A model generated the notes under the pieces. The model saw only the letters and a program-made list of their open reading frames with translations. It did no database searches and had not been told where the DNA came from. The position numbers and the translations under genes were made by a program. A stretch of DNA of 64,000 nucleotides. It comes from Candidatus Saccharimonadota bacterium. Lineage in GTDB: Bacteria > Patescibacteriota > Saccharimonadia > Saccharimonadales > Saccharimonadaceae. This document shows, piece after piece, positions 55,090-64,000 of the stretch. Position 1 is the first letter of the stretch; every line of letters starts with the position of its first letter. The DNA lies in assembly GCA_037141755.1 (NCBI GenBank), contig JBAXBX010000002.1, positions 28,915 through 92,914 on the forward strand. Reading direction: 5' to 3'.

Positions 55090-55920
55090 ATGAATCCAGA
55101 ACAAAATCAACCAAACCCTATCGTGCCAGAGCCTCAATCAGTACCACAATCACCAGTTGTCGAGCCTTCTAACCCAATAGTGCCATCACCGACAGCAACG
55201 CAGCCATTGACGCCCGTTTTTGACGTGCAACCAACGGTCGTTGTTGCGCCAGTTGCGTCGCAGCAATTAATGAGCGTACAACCGACAGAAGCAGTTAGCG
55301 CAAATAGTAAAACAAAAAAATCAGAAACAAAGAAAATAATTATTGCAGCCATAGCAATAGTTGTTCTATTTGGATTAGGTATAGTAGCTTGGTTGTTGCT
55401 GCCAAGCACAGTATATAGTGGCTTGCCATTAAAAGAGTATTCAACAGATAAGTTTGTTGTATTAATTCCAGATACATACGTAAAATACGAAAGTAGTAGC
55501 GGTGTTAGATTCCAAGATCCAAGATCTGTTGGGGACACGCACTATACTTATAGGTCTAGTGTATATATAGATAAATACAGCCCAAATGATGATAGTCACG
55601 CAAAAGAATATATAGCCCCAATAGTGGAAGCATTTAATAAGTCTAACGCGGAAGCTGTAATAAATATTTTTACTATGGGATCACAATCATATTATTCTAT
55701 ATCAAATAAACATATGAATGTACGTTCCAATGGTTCAATTAAGGTTTATGAAATATCTGCACAATTTACGGATAAAAACACGCAGGAAGCAACATTTGGT
55801 GATTTTGCACTATTAACAAAAGACGGTACTTATTATCAGGTGATGATACAAGGTGATAAATATGAGCCCAAAATGGAAGCAAGCGCCCACAAAATTATTG
55901 ATTCATTCCAATTTAAATAA
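55090..55920 (+). CDS. hypothetical single-pass membrane protein with a Pro/Gln/Val-rich N-terminal tail
   Basis: Same architecture as 6570-7256: a P/Q-rich ~75 aa, a TM helix, then an ectodomain. Confidence 0.5.
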   Translation: MNPEQNQPNPIVPEPQSVPQSPVVEPSNPIVPSPTATQPLTPVFDVQPTVVVAPVASQQLMSVQPTEAVSANSKTKKSETKKIIIAAIAIVVLFGLGIVAWLLLPSTVYSGLPLKEYSTDKFVVLIPDTYVKYESSSGVRFQDPRSVGDTHYTYRSSVYIDKYSPNDDSHAKEYIAPIVEAFNKSNAEAVINIFTMGSQSYYSISNKHMNVRSNGSIKVYEISAQFTDKNTQEATFGDFALLTKDGTYYQVMIQGDKYEPKMEASAHKIIDSFQFK

Positions 55921-55994
55921 GGTCTAATATTGCCTTATTGATCGTGTGATTTGTTGTCATCTGCCAACTTACTTATGTTATAATTAATCAAGCA

Positions 55995-56678
55995 ATGATT
56001 CTAATTGATAGGGTAACAAAATCATACGGCAAAGACCTAAACCCAGCTGTTAACCAGGTGAGTTTATTCATTGAACCGCGCGAATTCGTGATTTTGGTTG
56101 GTACATCTGGTGCCGGCAAATCAACCTTGTTGAAGCTATTAACTCGTGAAGAAAAACCAACCAGTGGCAAGATTGTCGTTGGTGGAATTGATTATGACAC
56201 TTTAAAAGACAGTCATATTCCAATGTTGCGTCGCAAGATTGGTGTCGTTTTTCAGGATTTTAAATTATTGCCACAACGTACGGTTTTTGAAAATATTGCT
56301 TTTGCCTTGGAAATCGCTGGTATGACTCGACGTGAAATTCGAAACACCGTGCCAAAAGTTATTGAACTAGTCGGATTAACAGGCAAAGAAAAACAATTTC
56401 CAAACCAATTGTCGGGCGGTGAACGTCAACGAGTTGCAATTGCTAGGGCAGTGGTTAGACAGCCAAAAATTTTGATTGCCGATGAACCAACCGGAAATTT
56501 GGACCCAAAACACAGTTGGGATATTATTCGGTTGCTTGAAAAGATTAACAAATACGGCACAACCGTACTGTTGACGACACATAATGCTGATATTGTTAAT
56601 AAATTAAAACGTCGCGTTATTACGTTAGAGCACGGCAAAATTACTGGTGATCAAGCCGAGGGGAGTTATCGACAATAA
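55995..56678 (+). CDS. ftsE: cell division ATP-binding protein FtsE
   Basis: GTSGAGKST, LSGGERQR, and followed by ftsX with a TAATG overlap. Confidence 0.9.
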   Translation: MILIDRVTKSYGKDLNPAVNQVSLFIEPREFVILVGTSGAGKSTLLKLLTREEKPTSGKIVVGGIDYDTLKDSHIPMLRRKIGVVFQDFKLLPQRTVFENIAFALEIAGMTRREIRNTVPKVIELVGLTGKEKQFPNQLSGGERQRVAIARAVVRQPKILIADEPTGNLDPKHSWDIIRLLEKINKYGTTVLLTTHNADIVNKLKRRVITLEHGKITGDQAEGSYRQ

Positions 56679-57661
56679 TGATTGGTAAAAAGAAAAAATC
56701 AGATTCCAAATCATTGGCGTCACAAAAACGTAATCGTCGCAAATTGTTATCGTTTTTTAGGGTAATTCGATACGGTACCGACAGTTTTATTCGTAACTCT
56801 TGGTTGTCGATTGCAGCTACTGCTGTGATGACTATTACATTATTGATTATTTTTACGGCTTTTGTAGCTCAAAATATACTGACAGATACGATTGGTGATT
56901 TGCGTAGTAAAGTTAAAATGTCGATATATTTACAGACTGACACGACTGACCAAGTTGGATCAGATTTGTCGACTGAGCTTAAAAAATTATCATCAGTTCG
57001 TGCGGTTACGTATATCAGTGCCGAAGTGGCACAGACTCAAGACGCTCTAAATCATCAAGACGATGCCAGCTTTTTAGAAGCACAGAATGCCGCAACTAAT
57101 AAATATCCAGCAACACTAAGTGTTGAGGTGAACGACATCAGTAACACTTCGCAATTAGAAAATTTCGTAAATACTAACGCTATGGTAAAAAAATCTCTCA
57201 ATCCTGACCACAAGCCGTCATTTGCCGGTGTAAGACGTAATACAATTGAATCGATTGGGCGGGCTGTTAGTTTTGCACAAAAAGTTGGTTTGGCGGCGGG
57301 CGCAGTATTTATATTTATATCATCATTAATCATCTTTAATACGATTCGAATGGCTATATTTAACCGCAAAGAAGAGATTCAGATGATGAAGTTAATTGGT
57401 GCTGATAAGTCATTTATCCGTGGGCCATTTTTGGTCGAGTCTATGATGTATGGTTTTTTGGCGGCCCTGGTGGCAACAGGTTTGGGTATTTGGGTATTGT
57501 ACAATGTGTCTAGTACGCTTACAAGTTATCAAATAAAAGTTCAACCAACGATTGATTTAGTAACCATTTATGCTTGGCCCGTATTGTTGGTCATGATCGC
57601 TACTGGTTCAATTATTGGAGTAATTTCGTCGCTACTTGCAACGTACAGGTATTTAAAATAA
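56678..57661 (+). CDS. ftsX: cell division permease-like protein FtsX
   Basis: N-terminal TM helix, an extracellular domain of about 100 aa, and a C-terminal 3-TM FtsX bundle. Confidence 0.85.
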   Translation: MIGKKKKSDSKSLASQKRNRRKLLSFFRVIRYGTDSFIRNSWLSIAATAVMTITLLIIFTAFVAQNILTDTIGDLRSKVKMSIYLQTDTTDQVGSDLSTELKKLSSVRAVTYISAEVAQTQDALNHQDDASFLEAQNAATNKYPATLSVEVNDISNTSQLENFVNTNAMVKKSLNPDHKPSFAGVRRNTIESIGRAVSFAQKVGLAAGAVFIFISSLIIFNTIRMAIFNRKEEIQMMKLIGADKSFIRGPFLVESMMYGFLAALVATGLGIWVLYNVSSTLTSYQIKVQPTIDLVTIYAWPVLLVMIATGSIIGVISSLLATYRYLK

Positions 57662-58884
57662 TGAAGATTGCAATTTCTAAGCCTAACTTTCACTCTGTGG
57701 TGACAAAAACTGTTCTGGTGGTAATTAGTTTAGTTATCGCTATATCAGCGCCTATACAAATTATGACAAAGGATGCGTCTGCAGATACATCAGTGTCTCA
57801 ATTGCAGGCTCAGATTGATGCACTTGAGCAGGATATTGCAAATTATCATGCACAGGCGGCTCAGTTGAATAATGAAGCTCAGACGCTACAGACTGCTCTT
57901 GCAAAACTCGCAAGCGAGAGAGCGATAATTCAAGCTCAAATTGATATAAATCAGGCTAATTACGACTCGCTATTAGTGCAGATTAAAGACACTGAGAAAA
58001 AAATAACTGACAATCAAGACGCGCTTGGTTCTACTATTGCCGATATGTACGTAGATGGCAACGTTACGCCAATTGAAATGCTAGCCAGCAGCAGTAGTAT
58101 AAGTGATTATATGGATAAACAAGAGTATCAGACATCAATTCGTAATCAATTAACGACAACTATTTCAACAATTAAAAATCTAAAGAAGTCCCTTGTTGAT
58201 AAAAAGGCTGAGGTTGTTAAGGTGCTAGAAGATCAGAATAGTGCAAAGAACGCGTTAGTTGCGAAAGAATCCGAACAGCAAAGCATTCTAGATCAGACAC
58301 AAAATAGTGAAGCTGCGTATCAGAAGCTTTCTGCTGACGGAGAAAGCAAAAAGAAAGATTTAGTACAGCAACAGCAGGCAATCATTATTGCTGCTCAAAA
58401 TAGAGGCGGAACTGTAACTGGAATACCTGATGCAACAAAGGGTAATTATCCTTGGGGTGGAGGCAACTGCTACGTTGCATATGACGGATGGGGTAATCTG
58501 ATGTCATATAATGGCATAAATGGAGATGGTTCTGACGGTTTAGGCTATGCGTGTCGTCAGTGTACTAGCTATGCCGCGTGGAGAATATTAGAATATACAA
58601 ACAGAAGTTATCGATACTTGGGTGATGCTGCAAATTGGCCAAATAATTTTCCTGATAGCATGGTGCATACTACTCCAAGAGCAAATTCTGTCGGTGTTAT
58701 CTCAGCAGGCCAATACGGTCACGTTGTTTGGGTTGAAACAGACCCGGATGCTGACGGCTATATAATAATAAGTCAATATAATGACTATAGTCACAATTCT
58801 GGAGATAATAGTGGCTTAGGCTGGGGGAATTATAGTAAGATTAGAGTCCATGAATCAACTTATAATTATTATATATATTTCTAG
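57661..58884 (+). CDS. secreted coiled-coil plus CHAP-domain peptidoglycan hydrolase (PcsB-like)
   Basis: About 230 aa of heptad-rich coiled coil, then CHAP (CRQCTSYAAWR Cys box and GHVVWVE His box). The ATG overlaps the ftsX stop by 1 nt. Confidence 0.75.
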   Translation: MKIAISKPNFHSVVTKTVLVVISLVIAISAPIQIMTKDASADTSVSQLQAQIDALEQDIANYHAQAAQLNNEAQTLQTALAKLASERAIIQAQIDINQANYDSLLVQIKDTEKKITDNQDALGSTIADMYVDGNVTPIEMLASSSSISDYMDKQEYQTSIRNQLTTTISTIKNLKKSLVDKKAEVVKVLEDQNSAKNALVAKESEQQSILDQTQNSEAAYQKLSADGESKKKDLVQQQQAIIIAAQNRGGTVTGIPDATKGNYPWGGGNCYVAYDGWGNLMSYNGINGDGSDGLGYACRQCTSYAAWRILEYTNRSYRYLGDAANWPNNFPDSMVHTTPRANSVGVISAGQYGHVVWVETDPDADGYIIISQYNDYSHNSGDNSGLGWGNYSKIRVHESTYNYYIYF

Positions 58885-58976
58885 ATTTAAAAGCATAAGT
58901 TCTATAGCGCAACCACCATGTGTTGCGCTATAATTATATGTAATAGAAAAAGTGTGCCTAAACCCCAGGGGATATA

Positions 58977-60230
58977 ATGAAGCGTATTCAAGCTAAAATC
59001 AAAGCCAAAATTACTAAACATATTGTAGAGCATAGTCAAATAAAGACTAAACTATTAACCCCGTCAGTGTTTTTTGTGTCGATTGCGTTGGCTTTGGCGC
59101 TTGGTTATAGTGCTGGCGTCTATCATTATAATGTTGAATCGGCGATTGGCCCAGTTTTTGGGGCAAAAGCCCACGATGCGTCGATTGATATGAGTTCGTT
59201 ACAAGAGACTTACAATAAGTTGGCGGCTAATTATGATGGCACGTTAGATACAAATGCTTTGATTCAAGGTGCAAATCGTGGTATGGTCGCGGCGGCTGGC
59301 GACGCATATACAACCTATTTTAGCCCATCTGAGGCAATTGATTTTAATAACAATTTGTCGGGCAATATTGGTGGTGGTATTGGTGCTGAAATTGGCCTCA
59401 AAAACGACAAGGTTACTATTAATCGACCATTGAAGGACAACCCCGCTATTAAAGCTGGCTTGTTGGCGGAAGATGTTATATTGAAAGTTAATGATGAATC
59501 GATTGCTGGTTGGACGGTTGACCGGGCGGTTGGTGTAATTCGTGGCGATGTCGGCACAACAGTTAAACTGACGATCCAACGTGGTACTGAAGTTAAAGAC
59601 TATACAATCACTCGTGCAACTATTAACAATCCAAGTGTTGACAGTAGCGTTGTTGATGGACTTGGTACGATTACAATTTCACGATTTGATGATAAGACCG
59701 GCGCTTTGGCGAAGGCTGCCGCACAGGATTTTGTTAAACAAGGCGTTAAATCTGTAATCTTAGACCTACGATATAATGGCGGTGGCTATGTATCAGCTGC
59801 GGTCGACGTTGCGGGCTTGTGGTTGGATAATCAAGTAATTGTAACTGAACGAACAGGTACTGATGGTTCTAAGATTGTAAGTACTTCAAAGTCGGGTAGT
59901 GATGCAATACTAAAGGGCATACCAACTGTCGTACTAGTAAATGGTCAATCAGCTAGTGCTAGTGAAATTGTGGCTGGCGCTTTGCAGGATCACAAAGCAG
60001 CAAAATTGGTTGGCGAAAAAACATTTGGTAAAGGCAGCGTTCAAGAGCCGATGCAATTAAGTGGCGGTGCTGAAATTAAAGTTACAGTTGCGCGTTGGTA
60101 TACTCCAAACGGCAAAAACATTACCAAAGAGGGCATTACACCAGATGTGACGGCAACTTTGACACAAACAGACATTAATAACAGTGTTGATCCACAGGTT
60201 GATGCAGCTAAAAAAGCTCTTGGTCTTTAA
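58977..60230 (+). CDS. S41 family C-terminal processing peptidase with a PDZ domain
   Basis: GGGIGAEIG, PAIKAGL, NGQSASASEI and GEKTFGKGSVQ. Confidence 0.85.
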   Translation: MKRIQAKIKAKITKHIVEHSQIKTKLLTPSVFFVSIALALALGYSAGVYHYNVESAIGPVFGAKAHDASIDMSSLQETYNKLAANYDGTLDTNALIQGANRGMVAAAGDAYTTYFSPSEAIDFNNNLSGNIGGGIGAEIGLKNDKVTINRPLKDNPAIKAGLLAEDVILKVNDESIAGWTVDRAVGVIRGDVGTTVKLTIQRGTEVKDYTITRATINNPSVDSSVVDGLGTITISRFDDKTGALAKAAAQDFVKQGVKSVILDLRYNGGGYVSAAVDVAGLWLDNQVIVTERTGTDGSKIVSTSKSGSDAILKGIPTVVLVNGQSASASEIVAGALQDHKAAKLVGEKTFGKGSVQEPMQLSGGAEIKVTVARWYTPNGKNITKEGITPDVTATLTQTDINNSVDPQVDAAKKALGL

Positions 60231-60273
60231 ACGCTTGTGTTTTTAGGTCAGGTTGTAGTAATATAGGGGTAAT

Positions 60274-60666
60274 ATGGATACAAAGAAAAAGATTCTACTT
60301 GTCGAAGATGATGTTGCACTGTCTGCAGTTTATAAATCTCGTCTTGAGATGGAAGGTTTTGACACACACGCCGTGAATAACGGCGAAGTTGCTTTGTCGG
60401 CAGCGTTGGAATTTAAGCCTGATTTGATACTGCTTGACGCTATGATGCCTAAAATTAGTGGTTTTGATGTTTTGGATATTTTGCGAAACACTCCTGAAAC
60501 ATCGAATATTCGGATTATTATGTTGACAGCACTTAGTCAACCTAAGGATAAAGAACGTGCTGAATCGTTGGGCGTTGATGACTATCTGGTTAAATCACAA
60601 GTTGTTATCGGTGACGTTGTTGAACGAGTTAAATATCACCTTGGGTTGATGGAACACAAAGCTTAG
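60274..60666 (+). CDS. stand-alone response regulator receiver domain (CheY-like)
   Basis: LLVEDD, a phospho-acceptor LLDAMMP, and LTA...DYLVK. Confidence 0.85.
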   Translation: MDTKKKILLVEDDVALSAVYKSRLEMEGFDTHAVNNGEVALSAALEFKPDLILLDAMMPKISGFDVLDILRNTPETSNIRIIMLTALSQPKDKERAESLGVDDYLVKSQVVIGDVVERVKYHLGLMEHKA

Positions 60667-60685
60667 TAATAAAATATGCAAATTT

Positions 60686-60709
60686 AAAACTGCCCGACTG
60701 GGCAGTTTT
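60686..60709. terminator. bidirectional terminator between convergent genes
   Basis: AAAACTGCCC-gact-GGGCAGTTTT with A/T runs on both sides. Confidence 0.8.
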
Positions 60710-60730
60710 AAATTGGTTTCAAGATATTTG

Positions 60731-61003
60731 TTATAGTACGGAAACTTGAGTACGAGGAGTAGTTTTGCCTGTAAAGCGGCTTTTGCGAACTTTCCCGAAG
60801 CTTACAACACCGTCAACGGCTGCATGAATCGTAAAATCACGGCTGGTAAACGTACCAACACCACCGATTTTGGTTGAACCAGTTTGACGGACTAATACTT
60901 CGCCAGTGCGAACTTTTTGGCCACCAAAGCGTTTAACACCAAGTCGTTGACCGGGACTATTATGGACGTTTTTGGCTGTTCCACCTGCTTTAACATGTGA
61001 CAT
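60731..61003 (-). CDS. rpmA: 50S ribosomal protein L27
   Basis: MSHVKAGGTAKN....RLGVKRFGGQ.V..G. Confidence 0.95.
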   Translation of the reverse strand: MSHVKAGGTAKNVHNSPGQRLGVKRFGGQKVRTGEVLVRQTGSTKIGGVGTFTSRDFTIHAAVDGVVSFGKVRKSRFTGKTTPRTQVSVL

Positions 61004-61096
61004 GAGATAACTCCTTGAAATTTAATAACAAAATTTAGTTAATTGTATCAAATAATGGTGGTAGCGTCAAGGTGTTTGCGGATGTATTTTACATCA

Positions 61097-61285
61097 CCAC
61101 CACTCCACCCCTTCATTCCTCTGAATGTCCTGTTTGCCTGACGCGCTTAAAATTAAATCAACTAAACTATGTATCCTGCGTAACTCGTTACCACTCAGAC
61201 ATACTCGGATAGCATGGTTTAGGTTGATTTAATTTTAACGGTCAGCCAAAGGGACACTCAGAGGAACGATGGGATGAAGTGGTGG
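61097..61285 (-). ncRNA. ~190-nt imperfect long hairpin. Candidates are a structured ncRNA (6S-like shape), a leader RNA, or an ERIC-like palindromic element
   Basis: The left arm 61097-61167 pairs with 61217-61285. Four mismatches become G-U only on the minus strand, against one on the plus strand. Confidence 0.35.
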
Positions 61286-61296
61286 CTGGCGATTAG

Positions 61297-62481
61297 TTAG
61301 ACTCGAGTTAATACTAAAAGTTCGCGAGCGACAACTTGATCTTCGCGGTAGTACAGTAGGTCGTTTTGCGAGATATTGGTAAATTCGTGCGGTTTATATC
61401 CAAATCGGGCGATGATTGATGTGATTGGCAGGTGAGTGAATCGACCTTCCTTGTTGCGCCAAGCTGGAACAGCGATACAAACAGGGGTGCCTGGTTTGAT
61501 TTGAGTGCCTAGATTGCGCAAAAATTCGGTAATAATATAATCGCAATTTTTGACTACTTCTTCGAGTTTGGCGGGTGATGGCGGAGCGCTAAATGGTTGT
61601 CCTAGGTAAGTTTCGGCAACGACGGCGTTAATTGGCTGTTGCCATTTATTAGTCATCGCATCGCCATGGCTGAACTTATAATCGAATTCTTTGTGATAAA
61701 CATCTTCCAGCCATTTAATATTAGCATGGCTGTACTCAACCATTTTTTCTGACAAATCAGTGCCGTAGGCGGCATGTCCCATCAAGACTGCTTCTTGAGG
61801 TATAACGCCAGTACCGCAGAATGGGTCCAAAACAACTAATTTGCGACCTTCTTCAGGTCTTAGTTGTCCGCAGGCCAGATTAATCATAATTTGAGCTAGT
61901 TTTGGTGGTAACATACCAACGAAAGCATCGCGTTTGGGACGTTCTTGGTCGCGCTGGGCATAGGCGGTGATGTTTTGCGATCCAGTACTTTCGGCAATGT
62001 ATATTTTGCCTTCACGGGTACGGACGATTATTAATTCGACTTTGTTTGGCGACAGCCCAAGTTTGTTGTGGTGGCTGGTAGCGGTACTCAAGGCAGGGTC
62101 AGAGTTTGGGACTAGGCGTAAACTGACGTTATGCTTCTTGAGTTTTTGTTTTAGTATGATACCGGCTTGTTGGACCTCACGATTACTGACAACAAAATCA
62201 TAGACGCTGATGCCGAGTGTGATTTTGCCCTCAAATTTTGACCATTTGTCTGAATATAACTGGACAATTCGCTGACTGACCTGGCGCCAATTACTGGGTT
62301 GCAATTCGGTAATAACTTTGCCAGCTTTTAAAACGCCGCCAAATCTTTGAATTTCAAAATCTTCACAATCAATAATGACTGACTGAAGTGATATTGGCGT
62401 GACAGCTTTGCCGCCGTATATTCTTTCTAGCTCGGCCGTGCCAAGCGCTGGTTGTCGTCCTAAAATTGCTATGTAACTCAT
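61297..62481 (-). CDS. SAM-dependent RNA methyltransferase (UPF0020 / Trm11-like)
   Basis: DPFCGTGVIPQEA SAM motif. The N-terminal domain of about 180 aa could be THUMP-like. TATAAT lies 6 nt upstream of the ATG. Confidence 0.5.
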   Translation of the reverse strand: MSYIAILGRQPALGTAELERIYGGKAVTPISLQSVIIDCEDFEIQRFGGVLKAGKVITELQPSNWRQVSQRIVQLYSDKWSKFEGKITLGISVYDFVVSNREVQQAGIILKQKLKKHNVSLRLVPNSDPALSTATSHHNKLGLSPNKVELIIVRTREGKIYIAESTGSQNITAYAQRDQERPKRDAFVGMLPPKLAQIMINLACGQLRPEEGRKLVVLDPFCGTGVIPQEAVLMGHAAYGTDLSEKMVEYSHANIKWLEDVYHKEFDYKFSHGDAMTNKWQQPINAVVAETYLGQPFSAPPSPAKLEEVVKNCDYIITEFLRNLGTQIKPGTPVCIAVPAWRNKEGRFTHLPITSIIARFGYKPHEFTNISQNDLLYYREDQVVARELLVLTRV

Positions 62482-62533
62482 TCTTCTATTATACGTTGTT
62501 GATGGCGTTTTGGGTGCTATAATTATATTAGTT

Positions 62534-63565
62534 ATGTCATTTCGTTCTTGGGTATCATTAATTACTATTTTATTGCTGGCGCTAGTCGTTTATTTTGGCT
62601 GGGATCAGATTATGAAGGCTTGGGGATTGCTGGGCAGTGTAAATATTTGGATTTGGTTACTTTTAATTCCAGCGCAACTGCTGAGTTATTACACAACTGG
62701 TGAAATGATGTTTTCATACCTTCGTTCAAGAGGTGAATTGAAAACTACGTCACGCTGGGAAATGACACGCATGGCGTTAGAGTTAAATTTTGTAAACCAT
62801 ATTTTGCCAAGTGGTGGCGCAGCTGGTTTTTCATATTTAGGCTGGGTATTACATCGTCATGGGGTCAGTCCTGGACGGGCTACTATGGCACAAATTATTC
62901 GATTTGTCTTGTCGTTTGTTAGCTTTGTCGCTATGGTTATAATTGCTGTAACAATATTAGCGTTTGATAATGGCATCAACCAAACGATAACCGTCGTCAG
63001 CTCGATTTTGATTATTACGGCCATCGGCGGCACGTCATTCTTGATATATGTTGTCAGTAATCATCAGCGTTTAATATCTTTGTCTGGCTGGATTACGCGC
63101 GTTGTTAATAAAGTAATGGCAAAATTGACGCGTGGTAAAAAGAAAAATATATTAGTTTTATCCTCAGTTGAGGAATTTTTTACAGATATTCATCGTGACT
63201 ACCTTGAAATTCGCCGCGAAAAAAAGATATTAATTCGTCCGCTTATGTGGTCGGTTATAACAAATCTCTTGGATGTGTCATTGATTTTGATAGCATTTAT
63301 TTCACTGGGATATTGGATTAATCCAGCAACTTTGTTTATTGCTTTTGGAATTACGTCAGTTGTTAGTGTTATATCGTCATCACCAGGTGGCGCTGGTGTT
63401 TACGAAGCAGTAATGATTTCATTTTTGGCATCATCTGGTGTTCAACCTGATGTCGCAATTGCCGGTATACTATTGGCGCGGGCAACATTATTAACTGGTA
63501 CGATTTTATTTGGTTATGTGTTTTATCAACTGACAATTAATAAATATGGAAAAAACTCAGATTAA
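62534..63565 (+). CDS. UPF0104 / flippase-like (LPG-synthase TM region) membrane protein
   Basis: About 8 TM helices and a SPGGAGVYEAV motif. I prefer the ATG at 62534 (TATAAT 10 nt upstream) over the TTG at 62510. Confidence 0.55.
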   Translation: MSFRSWVSLITILLLALVVYFGWDQIMKAWGLLGSVNIWIWLLLIPAQLLSYYTTGEMMFSYLRSRGELKTTSRWEMTRMALELNFVNHILPSGGAAGFSYLGWVLHRHGVSPGRATMAQIIRFVLSFVSFVAMVIIAVTILAFDNGINQTITVVSSILIITAIGGTSFLIYVVSNHQRLISLSGWITRVVNKVMAKLTRGKKKNILVLSSVEEFFTDIHRDYLEIRREKKILIRPLMWSVITNLLDVSLILIAFISLGYWINPATLFIAFGITSVVSVISSSPGGAGVYEAVMISFLASSGVQPDVAIAGILLARATLLTGTILFGYVFYQLTINKYGKNSD

Positions 63566-64000
63566 ACCTATTTTCAGCGTCAGTGATTTTATTGCGGTTG
63601 TTAATCAAACGCTAGAATATGCCTATCCAACCGTCGAAGTTGAGGGTGAGGTTGCTTCATTTAAAGTTAATCAAGGCAAATATGTCTTTTTTGATATCAA
63701 AGACGCCGGCGGTAGTATCGGCTGTTTCATGAGTGTTTGGCAATTACGGGTTCCGATTGAAGACGGCATGAAAGTCATTGTTTCGGCTGTTCCAAAATTA
63801 ACCCAATGGGGTAAGTTTAGTCTGACGGTTAAAACAATTCGACCTAGTGGTGAAGGGGCCCTAAAAAAGAGTTTTGAATTGTTAAAATCAAAACTCGAAA
63901 CCGAAGGTCTTTTTGCGCCCGAACGTAAACGTCGATTACCGATTGTTCCGCAACATGTCGCTGTTATCGCCAGCACACAATCGGCTGGTTATGCTGATTT
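63546..64000 (+). CDS. xseA: exodeoxyribonuclease VII large subunit, N-terminal part (3' end lies outside the window; not in the ORF track)
   Basis: My own translation gives MEKTQIKPIFSVSDFIAVVNQTLEYAYPTVEVEGEVASFKVNQGKYVFFDIKD...GLFAPERKRRLP, which is the OB-fold N-terminus typical of XseA. Confidence 0.8.
   Translation, partial: MEKTQIKPIFSVSDFIAVVNQTLEYAYPTVEVEGEVASFKVNQGKYVFFDIKDAGGSIGCFMSVWQLRVPIEDGMKVIVSAVPKLTQWGKFSLTVKTIRPSGEGALKKSFELLKSKLETEGLFAPERKRRLPIVPQHVAVIASTQSAGYAD

Noticed and set aside
20122-61003. Separation of rplU (20 kb, plus strand) from rpmA (61 kb, minus strand) as evidence of rearrangement
   Set aside because: It is unusual relative to the common rplU-rpmA operon. 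However, each gene has its own terminator or promoter context and nothing else marks a breakpoint, so the evidence is too weak to report as a finding.
1-64000. tRNA, rRNA, tmRNA, RNase P and SRP RNA genes
   Set aside because: I inspected all intergenic gaps over ~70 nt by eye and saw no cloverleaf-compatible sequence (no GTTCRANYC T-loop with a matching acceptor stem) and none of the signature motifs of the other RNAs. This is a negative result from manual inspection only. tRNAscan-SE or Infernal should confirm it.

Overview
All calls were made by eye from the sequence and the ORF track, with no database searches. This is an AT-rich, tightly packed bacterial chromosome segment. It uses the standard genetic code: TGA serves as a stop, and both RF1 and RF2 are present. 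The housekeeping backbone is ftsA-ftsZ-nrdR, ileS, rplU, parAB, lepB, prfA-prmC, rpmE, rpsB-tsf-frr-uppS-rseP, two proS genes, greA, serS, hpf, secA, murD, prfB, ftsEX, rpmA and xseA. Gene content and style suggest a reduced-genome Patescibacteria/CPR (Saccharibacteria-like) organism, but that is inference only. The main find is a complete diversity-generating retroelement (DGR) at 27.7-30.8 kb. It consists of a target gene, an avd-like gene, a template repeat (TR) and a reverse transcriptase. VR (28634-28821) and TR (29424-29611) align over 188 nt without gaps. By hand count, 20 of the 21 mismatches fall on TR adenines. The diversified protein joins a type IV pilin-like N-terminus to a FISUMP / C-type-lectin-like C-terminus. 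Its putative promoter carries a G8 tract inside a 17-nt -35/-10 spacer, which may add phase variation on top of hypermutation. Other accessory or unusual content: (1) a Wzx/Wzy-type surface-glycan locus (8.9-18.2 kb) with a second G8 tract inside a glycosyltransferase CDS. (2) A Y1/HUH (IS200/RAYT-like) transposase flanked by 28-bp inverted repeats. (3) A dispersed family of 14-nt-unit palindromic repeats, one copy in frame inside prmC. (4) A bipartite structured motif (17 nt + 19 nt, both identical) found upstream of both rpmE and serS. (5) A GC-rich structured element after the RT. (6) A ~190-nt imperfect hairpin next to rpmA. (7) Two divergent prolyl-tRNA synthetases of different types. (8) An NrdR without zinc-ribbon cysteines. 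(9) murD coupled to a PP-loop protein. (10) A probable ileS T-box. (11) A frameshifted DUF2207 gene. (12) Many apparently leaderless starts (TATAAT-N6-10-ATG). I saw no tRNA, rRNA or CRISPR array.
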